Origin: the human T2T-CHM13v2.0 reference genome, Homo sapiens
Assembly: GCF_009914755.1 (NCBI RefSeq)
Contig: NC_060933.1
Direction: 5' to 3' (one strand)
DNA length: 64,000 nucleotides
Shown one piece after another: positions 41,302 to 53,995 of this stretch (position 1 is the stretch's first letter; every line of letters starts with the position of its first letter). The notes under the pieces were generated by a model. That model did no database searches. It had not been told where the DNA came from and was given only the letters and a program-made list of their open reading frames with translations. A program made the translations under genes and the position numbers.

Positions 41302-42789
41302 ATATAAGAGGCTTTGAAATACTGTGCATGCTTCCTAATACATTACTCTATGTATTAGACATACAGACATAGAAACAGTGACAGGAAACATTGAACTCCA
41401 TAAGGCCACGATTATTAGAAAATGAAACAAAGCCATATTTTCTCAATATGTATGACTAAGAACTCATGTACCTGCATAGTAAAGTATAGAATTTTTGGAA
41501 AATCATTAACTCTTCCAGGCTTAGGGGCTATATAGGGAAATACAATAAAATGAGTGTTTTAAAGCTGTGCAATCATTACAATGATAATCGGGCCAGTATA
41601 TCTAGCTCTACTGTAGGACTCACAATTTATATTATCTAATAAGTGTCATTCCTGGAGGAAACAACCATTGTTTAAACAAAAAGTGCAGTATTGTTAAGTC
41701 ATTGACCATCATTGTCTTCTGGACAAATCATCTCAATATCACACTTTGAAGAAAGTGATTTGACCAACTCTTTAAACTTGTTCCTATGAGGTAAAGTGGG
41801 ACAAAGAATGATGTCCTCAAGACCAAAAACAGTGATGAAGGAAGCTAATTGCAAGTGAAATCCATAGCATAAAGCTGTCAGCATGTAGATGGGGGAGGAA
41901 GAGCTATTCTTACCAACTAAAAAAAGCAGTTGTCCATGCCTGTGATGTGTGTTTATAATTCAGAATAAGAAATAAATCTTAGGATTAATTTACATAGAAT
42001 ATTTATTCTATGTACTCAACTCTCCACTGAATCAAGTAAATGTATTGACTCCAGACATGAACATGCTAAATAGCTTTTACTAATAAACAACATCACTTTT
42101 GGTGGAAAACTGATGTCTCTCTAGAACCAGAATGAAACAGTGTCCATCCACAGAGCTCACTCCAATTTGCCCCGTTTCTTTTTTTTATTTTTTTAAACTT
42201 TTAAGTTTTTTTCAAGGTAGCTGCTGATGCTTTTGTTTTATAGCATGTGTGCAGAAAATTAACAGGATGCATCCATTCCAGATGAGGTACTGTATAGAAG
42301 AACCACTATTGGATTTCCAGATGGGAAAGTGATTGTTGAGTTGTCAACTGAAATTTGACAGGATCTGGGCAATTACCAACAGAATTAGCAGATACCTTAC
42401 TTGTGAGTATACGAGTAGTCCCCAATACGTGATGCCTCCAACACCTCCCCCACAAAAATAGAACAAGATTCTCAACTCCTGAATTTAGAAATATGTGCTA
42501 ATTTCACCAAAAGAATTAATCTTATTTTATATCTGTACATTTTGATGTTTTTTTACTTTATCAATAAAAAACACACACGAATGTTGAATGTTATTTAATC
42601 CCAATAAATCTATTCCTGTTTGCGCATGAATACAAGTTCCCAAATGCAAGTAACCCCAACTCAAAATCCTGAAGGTCGCAAATTTATTTCTGTATACACA
42701 TCCAGTAATTATTCACATTTGAGTTCAGATATCCTCATAGTGCACACAGGTCCAGTCATTTTGTTAGGAACAAGAAACAGTATTTGTAT

Positions 42790-43007
42790 GGAGGAAGGCA
42801 AGATGGCCAACTAGACATAGCCAGGAGGAAGTCTTTCACCAAGAGACCAGGGCTCAGGAAGACTGACACACTCCTAGCAAATTTTCAGGAGGAAGGCATT
42901 GAGAGCAGATGGAGAGAAGACACAGATGCTAGGCTGAAGGGGGAGGAAGCTGGGAATCCTGCACGGGGCTACAGCGCACCTGGACTCTTTCCTGGCCCCT
43001 AGTGAAA
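42790..43007 (+). mobile_element. Isolated L1 5'-UTR start (L1PA13-16-type) flanked by TSDs, with no poly(A) tail
   Basis: 'caagatggccaactaga' L1 5' terminus with the YY1 core; direct repeats aagaaacagtatttgtat (42772-42789) and aggaaatagtatttgtat (43008-43025). Confidence 0.82.
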
Positions 43008-43165
43008 AGGAAATAGTATTTGTATCTCAAGTATTTTCTGGAAATAAGAAAAAATAATAAATAAGAAAATGAGGAAGTTGAAGGAGTAGGAAAGAGAAGA
43101 AAGGCAAATGTGAGAGAAGCGGAATTGTTTCTAGTAAAGACATGGAAGGTAAGAAAGATGAGTAA

Positions 43166-43269
43166 GTGAAGCAGACCACCATGGCACGTGTATACCTATG
43201 TAACAAAACTGCACATTCTGCACATGTACCTTAAAACTTAAAGTAGAATAAAATAAATAAATTAATAAA
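43166..43269 (+). mobile_element. Short L1PA7/8-type 3' end
   Basis: 'ccaccatggcacgtgtatacctatgtaacaaaactgcac...acttaaagta' plus an A-rich tail. Confidence 0.88.
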
Positions 43270-44064
43270 CCCAGGACAGTGAAGCAGGATGGAAGTGGAT
43301 AGGCATGGGTCATGTGGGGAGTTTGCCAAGGAAGAATTCCGAATGTTAAAATCAGTAACCTGAGGTATATAATCCAAATTCAAATAGAGATTTAGATATT
43401 GAAACAAATGAGGGACACTCATTCTATGTAAGACATCTATAACAAATACAATGATTTTGTAACTACCTCATTGAAGTTCACAGGAAGTAAGAGAAATGAT
43501 AGATGTGTGTGTGTGTGTGCGTGCATGTGTGTGTATTGTTTTAAGTTTTCTGGGTCTATCTCTGCCCTCCAATCTTATTTTTTTAACTAACAGTTTCAAG
43601 TTTGTCATTACAGAGATTCTATCCAGGTTGTCAGGAAAGCATAAGAGGAACCGTTGAACTTCAAAATGCTAATCCATTCTCAGGAAATGAAGCAGCATAG
43701 TATATTGAAATAATTACTGTACTCTGAGGTAGTCGGTACAGGTATAATTCCAAATCTGTGACTATAGAGAAGTACACATCACCCCTGTCTTCAGGTTCTT
43801 ATCAGTAAAAGGAAGATACAACTACAACTAGAGAGAAAGGAAAAAAAATATATCATTTCTAAGCTCTGGCTAAGATAGGGAAAGTTTATGATTCAAATAC
43901 ATTTGTGGGTTAATGTTCATTAAGATTTTGAATAGCTTACACAGGAAGTTTTCATAGCAAATTTGAGAAAATGAATCATTATATGATCTAAGAAAGTATG
44001 CTTCCATTTCTATATTAACTTATATCAAATTCACATTACATTAGATAAATTATAAATGGTTCAA

Positions 44065-44139
44065 ATATATATGTGTGTGTGTATATATATACACACACAT
44101 CAAATAGATATGTGTGTGCATATATATATATATATATAT
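44065..44139. repeat. Alternating purine-pyrimidine (TA/TG/CA) tract, partly palindromic
   Basis: 'atgtgtgtgtgtatatatatacacacacat' seen directly. Confidence 0.85.
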
Positions 44140-45867
44140 CTTAGATTCTCTTTCTTCCCCCCATTTAAAAATAATTACCTAAAGAAATTGCCTTTTCCCA
44201 TTTGTCTACAAAAAAGAATTTAAGAAGACTTTCTAAAAGTATTTGAGAATAAATCTCACAGGAACTACAGAAAAGTGCAATGTGGAGTAAAAAAATCAAC
44301 AAAGAAAAAAATCATCAGGAAAGATACAAAAACTACTTTTAATGTATGAGAAATATTTTTCACATCATGATGAGATTAGGCAGTATGACCAACATCCTTT
44401 AGATTACTGAAATCACTGGCTATTTTCACTTGAAAACATAAAATAATTTTCTTCCCAATTATTTGACACTGTAGACATCAACAAAAATAGGTAGGTCCTT
44501 TCAAAGATTAGTAATCATCATTATTAAGAATTTAAAGATGATCAAGATCAATTTCCCAATACTAATTACAATTAAACAAACAATCTTGAAGAATATGAAA
44601 GTTGGGAAAAATACTAATATTTACCATTCATTAAATAACTACAAAATTAAAAAAGAACATAAAAAAGTTCTTTCTCTAGGAAAAAATGATGTGTTCTACC
44701 TAGTCATTGCATTTTATGAGGGCCACAAATAGATTTTTTTAGTCATGATCTAAAGTAGAAAAGCAGTTGCAAAACACCAGTGTCTTTGTTTATGATCTAG
44801 AAATTAACTGTGCACATTCTCCTTGGTAATTAAGCAAAAAAAGTCTTCTTTTAAATCAGTCTTGTAAAGTATGGCTTTATTTTAGATTCAGGATGAGTAA
44901 AATGCATGACAGACAATTCCATGCCTGCTATACCTGCCTGCCAAGAAAAGAAAGTGGTCATTTATGGTGATTACAAACCTTATTAAGTGAACTCTCTAGG
45001 TCATATCTTCAAAAGAGACAGGTAGCATTGCTTGATGTATTTTCTTTTCTAGCTCCAGTCTCTCTCTCTCTGTCTCTCTTCCCCACATATTTTTTCTGTT
45101 CCTCTCCCCAACCCTTTCTCTCCCTAGGGGTTCCAACATCATTGCTACATTGCTCAGGAGATGAATCCATTTTCTTTCTGCTAATTCCTCTTCCTGGGAA
45201 GATGGAGAATCTCCTCATTGATTTTGACTGGGGAATTATTTTTTTTAAGAGTAGAACAGACTTCTGACCTTTCAAATGATCAGATTAGGATGGTTATTTT
45301 CACATTATTAAGTAATCAAGGAACATATGCATTAGAAAGAGTTTGGTTCACAGGCAGGCCTGTTGGAGTCTAAAAAAAATATTTTCTACTGACAATTAAC
45401 CCAGATTCCATTTCTTCCCTTGCCTATGAATCACTTGGGAAGCTAAAATGCATTTTAACATTGCATTTTGCCTAAAGGCTATCAGTAAAATTTAATTTTC
45501 TTACTGCATTGATTTTTCCATCATAAGTTGTAACAGTCTAATGATATCTTATAAGAATTTTCAGTATTGAGGAAAAGGATGCAAATGATTTACCAATGAT
45601 AACTGTCTGGGATATACTGTGACTTTGAGGGAAACTTTCTGTTGCTTTTTAATGGCTGATTGTTTAAAAATATGGTACATTTAAGAACTCTGAGAGAGTT
45701 TAATATGTTACCCCTCCTTAAAAATAGAATCTCAGTATTTAAAACCAATACATGATTTTTGGGCAAGAAATTCAGGGTCCACGTAAAAGGCTGACTGTTA
45801 TTGCAAAAACATAATGTTGCACAGTGAAATAAGGTGACTGAAAGACATTAGAGCATGGCGGACTCAC

Positions 45868-45952
45868 CTCTTAGACTAGGCTACATTTGATAAAGGTTGA
45901 CTGATTTTCTTCCCTGCTAAACGATTGTCTCATCACTGAAGCTTCAGCAAAA
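45868..45952 (-). other. Candidate 85-nt non-coding exon
   Basis: On the - strand: 'tttttatgttttctcaacatggttattttaag|TTTTGCTG...CTAAGAG|gtgagtcc'. The longest frame ends in TAA. Confidence 0.25.
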
Positions 45953-46811
45953 CTTAAAATAACCATGTTGAGAAAACATAAAAAATAGAACCAGTGTCAC
46001 AGTAAAATCAACAGAGGATTCAATATGCCATATGTTCAATAGCTCCAAGGGAATATTTTAATTATTATTTCACTTTGTCTTAAACACAACAGTTGATTAC
46101 AAATATAAAATAAACATTTGTGAACAAAAAATTAACCAAGTTAAATACATCATTGTTAACAAGGGTAGATGCCACCAAATGGAAAATGTCTTAATTGCCA
46201 ACACTCACCCTTATATTTAATATGTTCATGTGGCCATGTCTCTAGTACTTATTTTCATGCAATTTTATTTCTACTTTTTTTTTTAACATTTAAAGGGCTT
46301 GAAATAGAAATGGAGAACATCTGTTTCAAAGAAATAAATTGTTCTTTAAAATGTCATCAAAATAATGTAGAAAGCCAATCCTTTTCCTATTTTTAAAGCT
46401 GTAATTTTTTTTTTAAACCACTATGCATACTGGGGTACTTTTATGGAAAGAAATAAAGAAAACTGCATGTCTTCATTGTTTAACAAGGATATCCATTTCC
46501 AAGTAAGTTAACTGATATACCCATGCCAAATGAACATTCAAAATGTTTAGTTTCATTTTATAAACTAATGTGTCTTTTCTTTAGTCAGTGGAACCAGAAG
46601 ACATTTATAATTACCAACTAATTATGATCCATTCACTAATGTCTGTCATCACTGCTGAGCTATTGATCATTCATATTGAATGGTAAGTCAAATTACAGAT
46701 TGAAGGCAAATTTCTGAGACTGTGATGTTAATAATCAGCTTTGGCTTTTAAAACCTCCAACTGATATTGACTGGATCATGTCTTACCTTGTATTTATCAC
46801 TCTGTTCTCCT

Positions 46812-46972
46812 GTTGAGCCTCCAAAAGAATTAAGCCCTACCAACATCTTTCTTTTCACCCAGTGGGCCTCAGTTTGGACTTACAAACTCAAGAAAAATGA
46901 AATAATGAATTTTAATTGTTTTATGCAACTGTCTGTAGCAATTTGTTACAGCAGCAGTAGGAAACTAACACA
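46812..46972 (+). mobile_element. MLT1C/D-type LTR 3' fragment
   Basis: 'gagcctcca...gccctaccaacatc...aatttgttacagcagcagtaggaaactaacaca'. Confidence 0.8.
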
Positions 46973-47221
46973 CTGATAAAATATGATTTACCAGACTAAA
47001 TGGTTAAGCACTTACCTATAAATTAAAAATCAACATAGAACTTAAGATATTTTATTGATTAAAACAAGCAAACTTACACACATAAAACACATATCACTAA
47101 AATATTTTTGAAGGCCTTCAAATTACAAAAAGCAATTTACATTATAGTAATAGTTCATGTTTATAGTACAGGAACAAGAATGAGTTAAACTAAATATTCC
47201 AAATCAGTACAAGTTATTTCC

Positions 47222-47515
<294 letters not shown>

Positions 47516-48029
47516 CATTACAAGGTATTTCACTGAGGGTTTCTCGAATGTCTCCTAAATTTTCTAAACACAATTAGATGCACAGATTATAATGATTTGA
47601 GTTTAGGAAGATATTGTAATATGTATGTTTCCTATATATACAGAACCAGTAAAATTCATACTTATAAAATTATATATATTATCTGAATAGTTATGTTCAG
47701 TTTTAAATACCTTTATTTTAGGGGTTCTTACAAATTTTTCATTCATGTTATACAAAAATGCAGATTACCAAAATATAAATTATATCCATCAATACACGAT
47801 TCAAAAACAGAAAAGGTCCAATAGAAACTGTTGATTACCTAGTCTTCTTCGTTATGCTGCTATATGAGTCATTTATATTCTTACAAATAAAAAAGATTGA
47901 CCAATAACTGGGAATCCAGAAACTCACCTCTTCTCATAGAAGTAAATAATTGAGATTTTGTCATGCCCAAAAGTATTGTGTGAATCAGTAACACACTACA
48001 GCATTGCCACTTTCGTTCATATTAGTTTT

Positions 48030-49304
48030 TTTTGAATAATTTCAACTTTTATTTTAGATTTGGGGGTACATGTGCAGATTTGTTACATGGGTATATTGTA
48101 TAACTCAGAGGTTTGGGGTACAAACAATCCCGTCATCCAGGTGGTGAGTATAGTACCCAATAGTCGTGTTTTGTTTTGTTTTGTTTTTAAATCTACATTT
48201 TATCTTCTATTTTTATTTTATTTTATTTTGCTTTAAGTTCCGGGATACATGTGCAGAATGTGCAGGTTTGTTACGTAGGTATACATGTGCCATGGTGATT
48301 TGCTGCACCTCTCAACCCATCACCTAGGTTTTAAGCCCCACATGCATTAGGTATTTATCCTAATGCTCCTCCTCCCTCTGTCCTCCACCCCTTGACAGGC
48401 CCTGATGTGTGTTGTTCCCCTCCCTGTGTGGATTACTATGCAGCCATAAAAAAAGAATGAGATCATGTCCTTTGCAGGTACATAGATGAAGCTGGAAGCC
48501 ATCATTCTCAGCAAACTAACACAAGAACAGAAAATCAAACATCACATGTTCTCATCCAATAGTAGCTTTTTTGCCCTCCCACTCCCCATAGTAGTCCCCA
48601 GTGTCTATTGTTCCCATCTTTATGTCCAGGTATACATGTTTAGCTCCCACTTATAAGTGAGAACGTGAAGTATTTGGTTTCCTGTTCCTGTGTTAATTCA
48701 CTTAGGACAGTGGCCTCCAGCTGCACCCATGTTGCTGCAAAGAACATGATTTTGTTCTTTTTTATGGCTGCATAGCATTTAATGTTGTATATGTACCACA
48801 TTTTCTTTATCCAGTCCACTGTTGATGGGCACCTAGGTTGGTTCCATGTCTTTTCTATTGTCAGTAGTACTGTGATTAACATATAAGCGCATGAGTGTTT
48901 TTGGTAGAACGTTTTATTTTCTTTTGGATATATACCCAGTAATGGGATTGCTGGGTCAAATAATAGTTCTAAGTTCTGTGAGAAATCTCCAAACTGCTTT
49001 CCACAATGGCTAAACTAATTTACATTTCCATCAATGTGTATAACTGTTCCCTTTTCTCCAAGACCTCACCAATATCTAATATTTTTTGATATTTTTAATA
49101 GCCGTTCTAACTGGTGTGAGATAATTCTCGTGGTTTTGATTTGAATTTTTCTGGTGATTGACAACATTAAGCATTTTTTCACGTGTTTGTTGGCCACTTG
49201 AATGCCTTTCTTTTTTTTAAGAAGTGTCTATTCATGCCCTTTGTCAATGTTCAATGGGGTTGTTTTTTGCGTGTTGAATTGTTCAAGTTCCTTATAAATT
49301 CTAG
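48030..49304 (-). mobile_element. 5'-truncated L1PA15/16-like element, interrupted by a nested L1
   Basis: 3' UTR 'gaggtttggggtac...cccgtcatccaggtggtgagtatagtacccaatag' resumes at 48556; TSD atattagtttt at 48019 and 49305. Confidence 0.88.
48167..48555 (-). mobile_element. Nested L1PA8-like insertion with 5' inversion
   Basis: PA8-type 'cacctaggttttaagccccacatgcattagg'; antisense to 48429, then sense at 48430-48555; TSD ccaatagt(c/a)g at 48157 and 48556. Confidence 0.9.
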
Positions 49305-50309
49305 ATATTAGTTTTCACTCAGTTCTGAAATGTATAGAAACCTGAACATTAGAGGGTTAACTCTTTGTTGTTCTAGCTTAATTAAGCATAAATTATAACA
49401 ATGAAATACTTCATGTGTGTCTTCTATTAAATTCAGGAGAACCTAGCCTCACTCTTTTTTCTATAAAAGTGACAATAACACATTTTAGTAAAATCTCTAG
49501 CTTACCTAAGGTTAAACAACCTTTCGAAGCAATAACATTGGCATCACTATAAGCATTTCAGCACATCTTAGCTAGAGTGTGAAATAATTTTGATATGACT
49601 ATGCCATTTTTAAAATAAAATATTACATTCTTTGTCTTGGGAATGTGATTTGATTTCAATCAACAGTATATAAACCTGTACCAATATATTCATCCTTAAT
49701 GTAAAGTATAAGTCTATGTGCCTAGGCACATATGTGAATTCAATGATGATTTAAAACACTTTTTGGTTCTTGTATATTTTCTTGTTTCCTTTGTTTTACA
49801 TTTTTAATTGCATAAAATTTTGTTAATATCAATTATTTCAATCATTTTATTATAAGATATGGGATTGAGTAGAAATGCTGTCTGGAATTTGGCAGTCTAG
49901 GTGAAAGAGTATTAATAATACTAATAATCATAATAGTAGTATTGGGTGTAACTCTCATATTCTGAAATGTTATGAATTATAATACATGAAAGTTAAAATT
50001 ATAAATTATAATAGTCAAAGAAGAATAAACCAGGTCTCACAGAGACAAAGTGATTGCACTGTAAAACATGGGTAGTACACCTAGTCTCATAGTCAGAGTA
50101 TCTGATCCTTAAATAAATTTTTATTTCACCATATCCTTTTATCTGATACATTTAAACTACCATTAGACACACATAAATCTTAATATATCATAGACTTGCA
50201 TGTCTAATGAGAACCAAATAGTTCACTGATTTCCTCAAATATAGGAAATGTTTGTCAGAGAAGCACTGTTCTCACAGTAAAAGGCAGCAAAGCACAGGAG
50301 CCTATATTG

Positions 50310-50540
50310 CAAACCTGGGATCCTGGCTGCATGTGTTCCCATTCTTGGTTCTGCCACTTCTCGGATGCGTAACCTTATGCAAATTACAAATGCCATCTCT
50401 GGGCTTCAATTTCCTCCTTTCTAAAATAAAGATGGACAATATCCTTATCCCACAGAGCTATTATGAGAATTAATAGTTACTATCTAGGAAGTACTTATAA
50501 CGCTACCTGGTGCATATTAAGCACTGTAGAAGTATTTGTT
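50310..50540 (+). mobile_element. MIR SINE
   Basis: 'ggttctgccactt...tctctgggcttcaatttcctc...taaaataaagatg...tatgagaattaa...cctggtgcatattaagcact'. Confidence 0.75.
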
Positions 50541-51944
50541 CAACAAATGAAAAACAGTATTAAGTCTCAAAACAACTGTCAATCTTAAAAAGAACCAGTT
50601 ATATTCCAAATTCTAAAGAAATATATAAGAAATGCAAGACAAAATATTTTTCTTGCATCTACTCCACCCTTGAAAGGAGACTGACAAGTTTATAGACTGC
50701 TCATCTGTTTATTCATAGCTATAACCAAACAATTTAAACCTTCTCTTTCAACATTATGATGAATGTCATGGTAGGGGCAGTTAAGAAAGCAAACACTTTT
50801 CAAAAAGTTCTTGAGGTAATATTCAAAGAGTGATGAGACAGAAGTATTCATAATTTCTGCTAATTTAGAACTTTGATGCTATTCCCAATGATAGTTACCA
50901 GGAATCAAATTAATGCCAGTACACTTAGCAGGGTTTGTGTATTTTGTGTACAATTACCCACCACATGCTGGAATAAGACAACTCGCTTGCTGTGTTAATT
51001 GGGTAAATCACCATTTTTATTTCACTATCCCTCAGTTTAGTCTCAGCAGTTTAGGTCATTTCTGAGGAATATAAGGGTATTAAATAGAAATTAAATGATG
51101 CTTTTTAACAAGTGAAGATACTTAAGTTCTCCACAGACAGATGCTTTAAATACAGGTTCTTATATTAATAATATTTATCAGAAGATAAGCACCATCAAGC
51201 TACATCACCCATAAGAAAGTAGAATTTTCAATCATTATCACAAATAATAAATTCATAACAATAACCTAGAATTAAGCATTTATGCTATTCAAGGATTCCT
51301 GAATTCTGAAGTTGGAAATTTGGGGGATAATAAGATATCCTTTTGGCAGCCATGACAAGTTAAGTTTTTCTAGAAATTTAGTCAGGTGCTTCTTGGCAGT
51401 CCTGTGCTTTATTCTACCCAGAAATTAGGGTATGTCATGTGGGATCTAACCAAATATTAGAGTTAGAATATAGCTCAAGGTGCCCCTGGATTAATGGCCA
51501 TCCGGTGAAACTGTTTATCAACAAGAAGCAGCATGAGCCATTATCAGTTTTTGATCAATAAAGATTGATTTCTATACCGGACCTTGTTTTTTCATACCTC
51601 TGTCCTCATATTTTCCTTTTCTCTTTTAGCTCTGCCTATACTGTTGGTATTCTTTCCTACTCCCAAGCATAAGGTTTCAACAAAATGTGAAATCAAAGTT
51701 ATGCTAATATCAATTTAGAATCAATGTTAAAGTTCTCCTCAAATCCACTTTACTCAGCTGTATATTTTGTTAGCTTGTTTCTACTTTATCCATATTATAA
51801 AACTATTTTAATTTTTCTTTCATTTTCATTTAGCAAAAGCACAGTCTCAGAGTTGACAACACCCTAAAAGTTTCCTCTACTACATATCTGGGATGACTAG
51901 CCATCTAACCTTGAATATTTCCATTTTAGGGTGTATTTAATATC

Positions 51945-52300
51945 TATCCATCCATTTAGTATACCCTTATGAAGTGCTCCTTATGCCTTAGATAATCGTG
52001 TAAAAAGATAAATGCAGACCTACTGACAAAAAAACTTATATTGTTACAGAATTAATAACACTAAACAAAAAACTACACACACCATTGAGATAAATACTGT
52101 GCAGAAGTAATTCAGGGTACTGTGAAAGTCATTAATGGTGTAAACTAACCTAGAAAACTACGTCAGGTGACAAAGAAGGGTTTCTTATTAGGAAGTAATA
52201 TTTAGGCTAACATGTAAGGGAGGAATAAAAGTGAAATGACATAGGATAGAGGGAGGAAAAAATAGAAGTGTATTTGATAGAAGAAAGAGCATGAACTAAT
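51945..52300 (-). mobile_element. L2 fragment
   Basis: Antisense L2 3' motifs ('tccatccatttagta', 'ataaatactgtgcagaa', 'aagaagggtttc...aggaagtaatatttaggct'). Confidence 0.5.
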
Positions 52301-52763
52301 GTCTATATTAGGCTAATCTATAATTCAGTCCAGCAAGTATGACCTTTGGATGATAAAGTCTGGGAGTGGGTGGTATTAAAAAAAGAAAAACACACACAGA
52401 GGTGAAGAGTTGGGTGATGCAGCAGTTAGAACCTTTGTTCTTTTGCTGTTTATCTATCTGTTTGTTAAGTATCCCAATGCAGAAGTTTCAGGCAGAGAAG
52501 TAAAGTTATTGTGGAAGAAGGAAGTTCACGAGGAGTTGGGTCAGCAGAAAGATGCACAAATAGCGGGTGACCTACCTTTTAGAAGAGGACAAAAGCTAAC
52601 ATGTGAGATGGTATGCTTTTCTGTGTATTGACTAAGGAGGTAAGAGTCTTTTTTTTTTCAGTCATGCCAGTTTCTTGGAGGATATTGGGCTCTTGAGACT
52701 AATGATTAAGCAAACTGAAATGCAGACAGAGGTCCCCTGGTTGTGGTTATAAACTAGAAGTTC

Positions 52764-53083
52764 TTTTTTTTTTTTTAGACGGAGTCTCGCCCTGTTGCCC
52801 AGGCTGGACTGCCGTGGCGCGATCTGGGCTCACTGCAAGCTCCGCCTCCCGGGTTCACACCATTCTCCTGCCTCAGCCTCCTGAGTAGCTGGGATACAGC
52901 AAGCCTCCTGAGTAGCTGGGACTACAGGCACCCGCCACCACGCCCGGCTAATTTTTTGTATTTTTAGTAGAGACAGAGTTTCACCATGTTAGTCAGGATG
53001 GTCTCGATCTCCTGACCTCGTGATGCGCCTGCCTCGGCCTCCCAAAGTGCTGGGATTACAGGCGTGAGCCACCGCGCCCGGCC
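52764..53083 (-). mobile_element. AluY with an internal duplication (27-bp period)
   Basis: Y diagnostics; 'agcctcctgagtagctggga' occurs at 52875 and 52902. Confidence 0.96.
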
Positions 53084-53559
53084 ACAGGTGTTCTATATAG
53101 TTCAGTGGTATTGATAGCTATGCTCTTTGAAAGGACAGCTGTGTTATTTCGAAGGGCAGCTGTCAGAAGCGCATTAAATAATGTCAAAGCACTGAGTTAA
53201 TGTCTAGAAACCTCAGAGAAGACTACTTTAGGTAATGTCTACCTTTCTTCCCACTGAAAACATGGGATGGTATAAGGTACACCAGTGACAATTCTGAGCA
53301 TTGCCAGCCTAAAAGGAGCTTTCCTCTGTTAGTGAATTGTGAGTCAATAAGGAGACATTTTCTCTTAGAAATGTCTTTCTCACATTAAGCCTGAGATGAA
53401 TGCTTGTGTGTTGGCACTTGAAATCCTTACCCCTCTTCTTCTCTCTCCTATATCACAAGTGCTCTAGCATGACTGGCATGACAATTACAAAAAAAAAAAA
53501 GAAAGAAAAAAAAAGAAAGGCTCTTATCTCTTTCTTCCTTGGTCAATGCATGAAAAAGC

Positions 53560-53995
53560 ATAAGCCTAGGAACTGTATTTGGCTCCTATCCCAACATGGA
53601 TCTATCAAAATACAGCTTAGTTTCCACCAATGAGATGCACTTGTACAACACAGAAGATAAACAGAATTATTTCTGACAATGGCATGAAGTTATGTGGTTT
53701 CAATACAAAAAAGAATTTGCAGTAGCCTCTAGATTTTCCTCAATAAAACACCTACTTTGGTGCTGCAAGTAGACATGATCACTCAGTAGAGTCTACTGTA
53801 GTTCCAGATCTGGGTTTCAGCTGACATTTCTGATTCTTTGAAAGCCAGTGGTGAACCCAAGAACTAATGGTAGACTTCTTTACATTTTCTCTTCCAGCTC
53901 TTGTAAAGGATTTACAAGCACCATTTTTCCTCTCTATGATATCTTCCTGTTTAAACTACCTAGATTTGTGTCACTCAATTGAATAATGACATATA
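53560..53995 (+). mobile_element. Ancient ERVL LTR (LTR40/LTR41-like)
   Basis: 'ttagtttccaccaatgagatgcactt' and 3' 'ttcctgtttaaactacctaga'. Confidence 0.5.

Noticed and set aside
42243-42410. Possible + strand exon after 'ttttgttttatag'
   Set aside because: The acceptor is plausible but the downstream donors are weak, and no recognisable protein is encoded.
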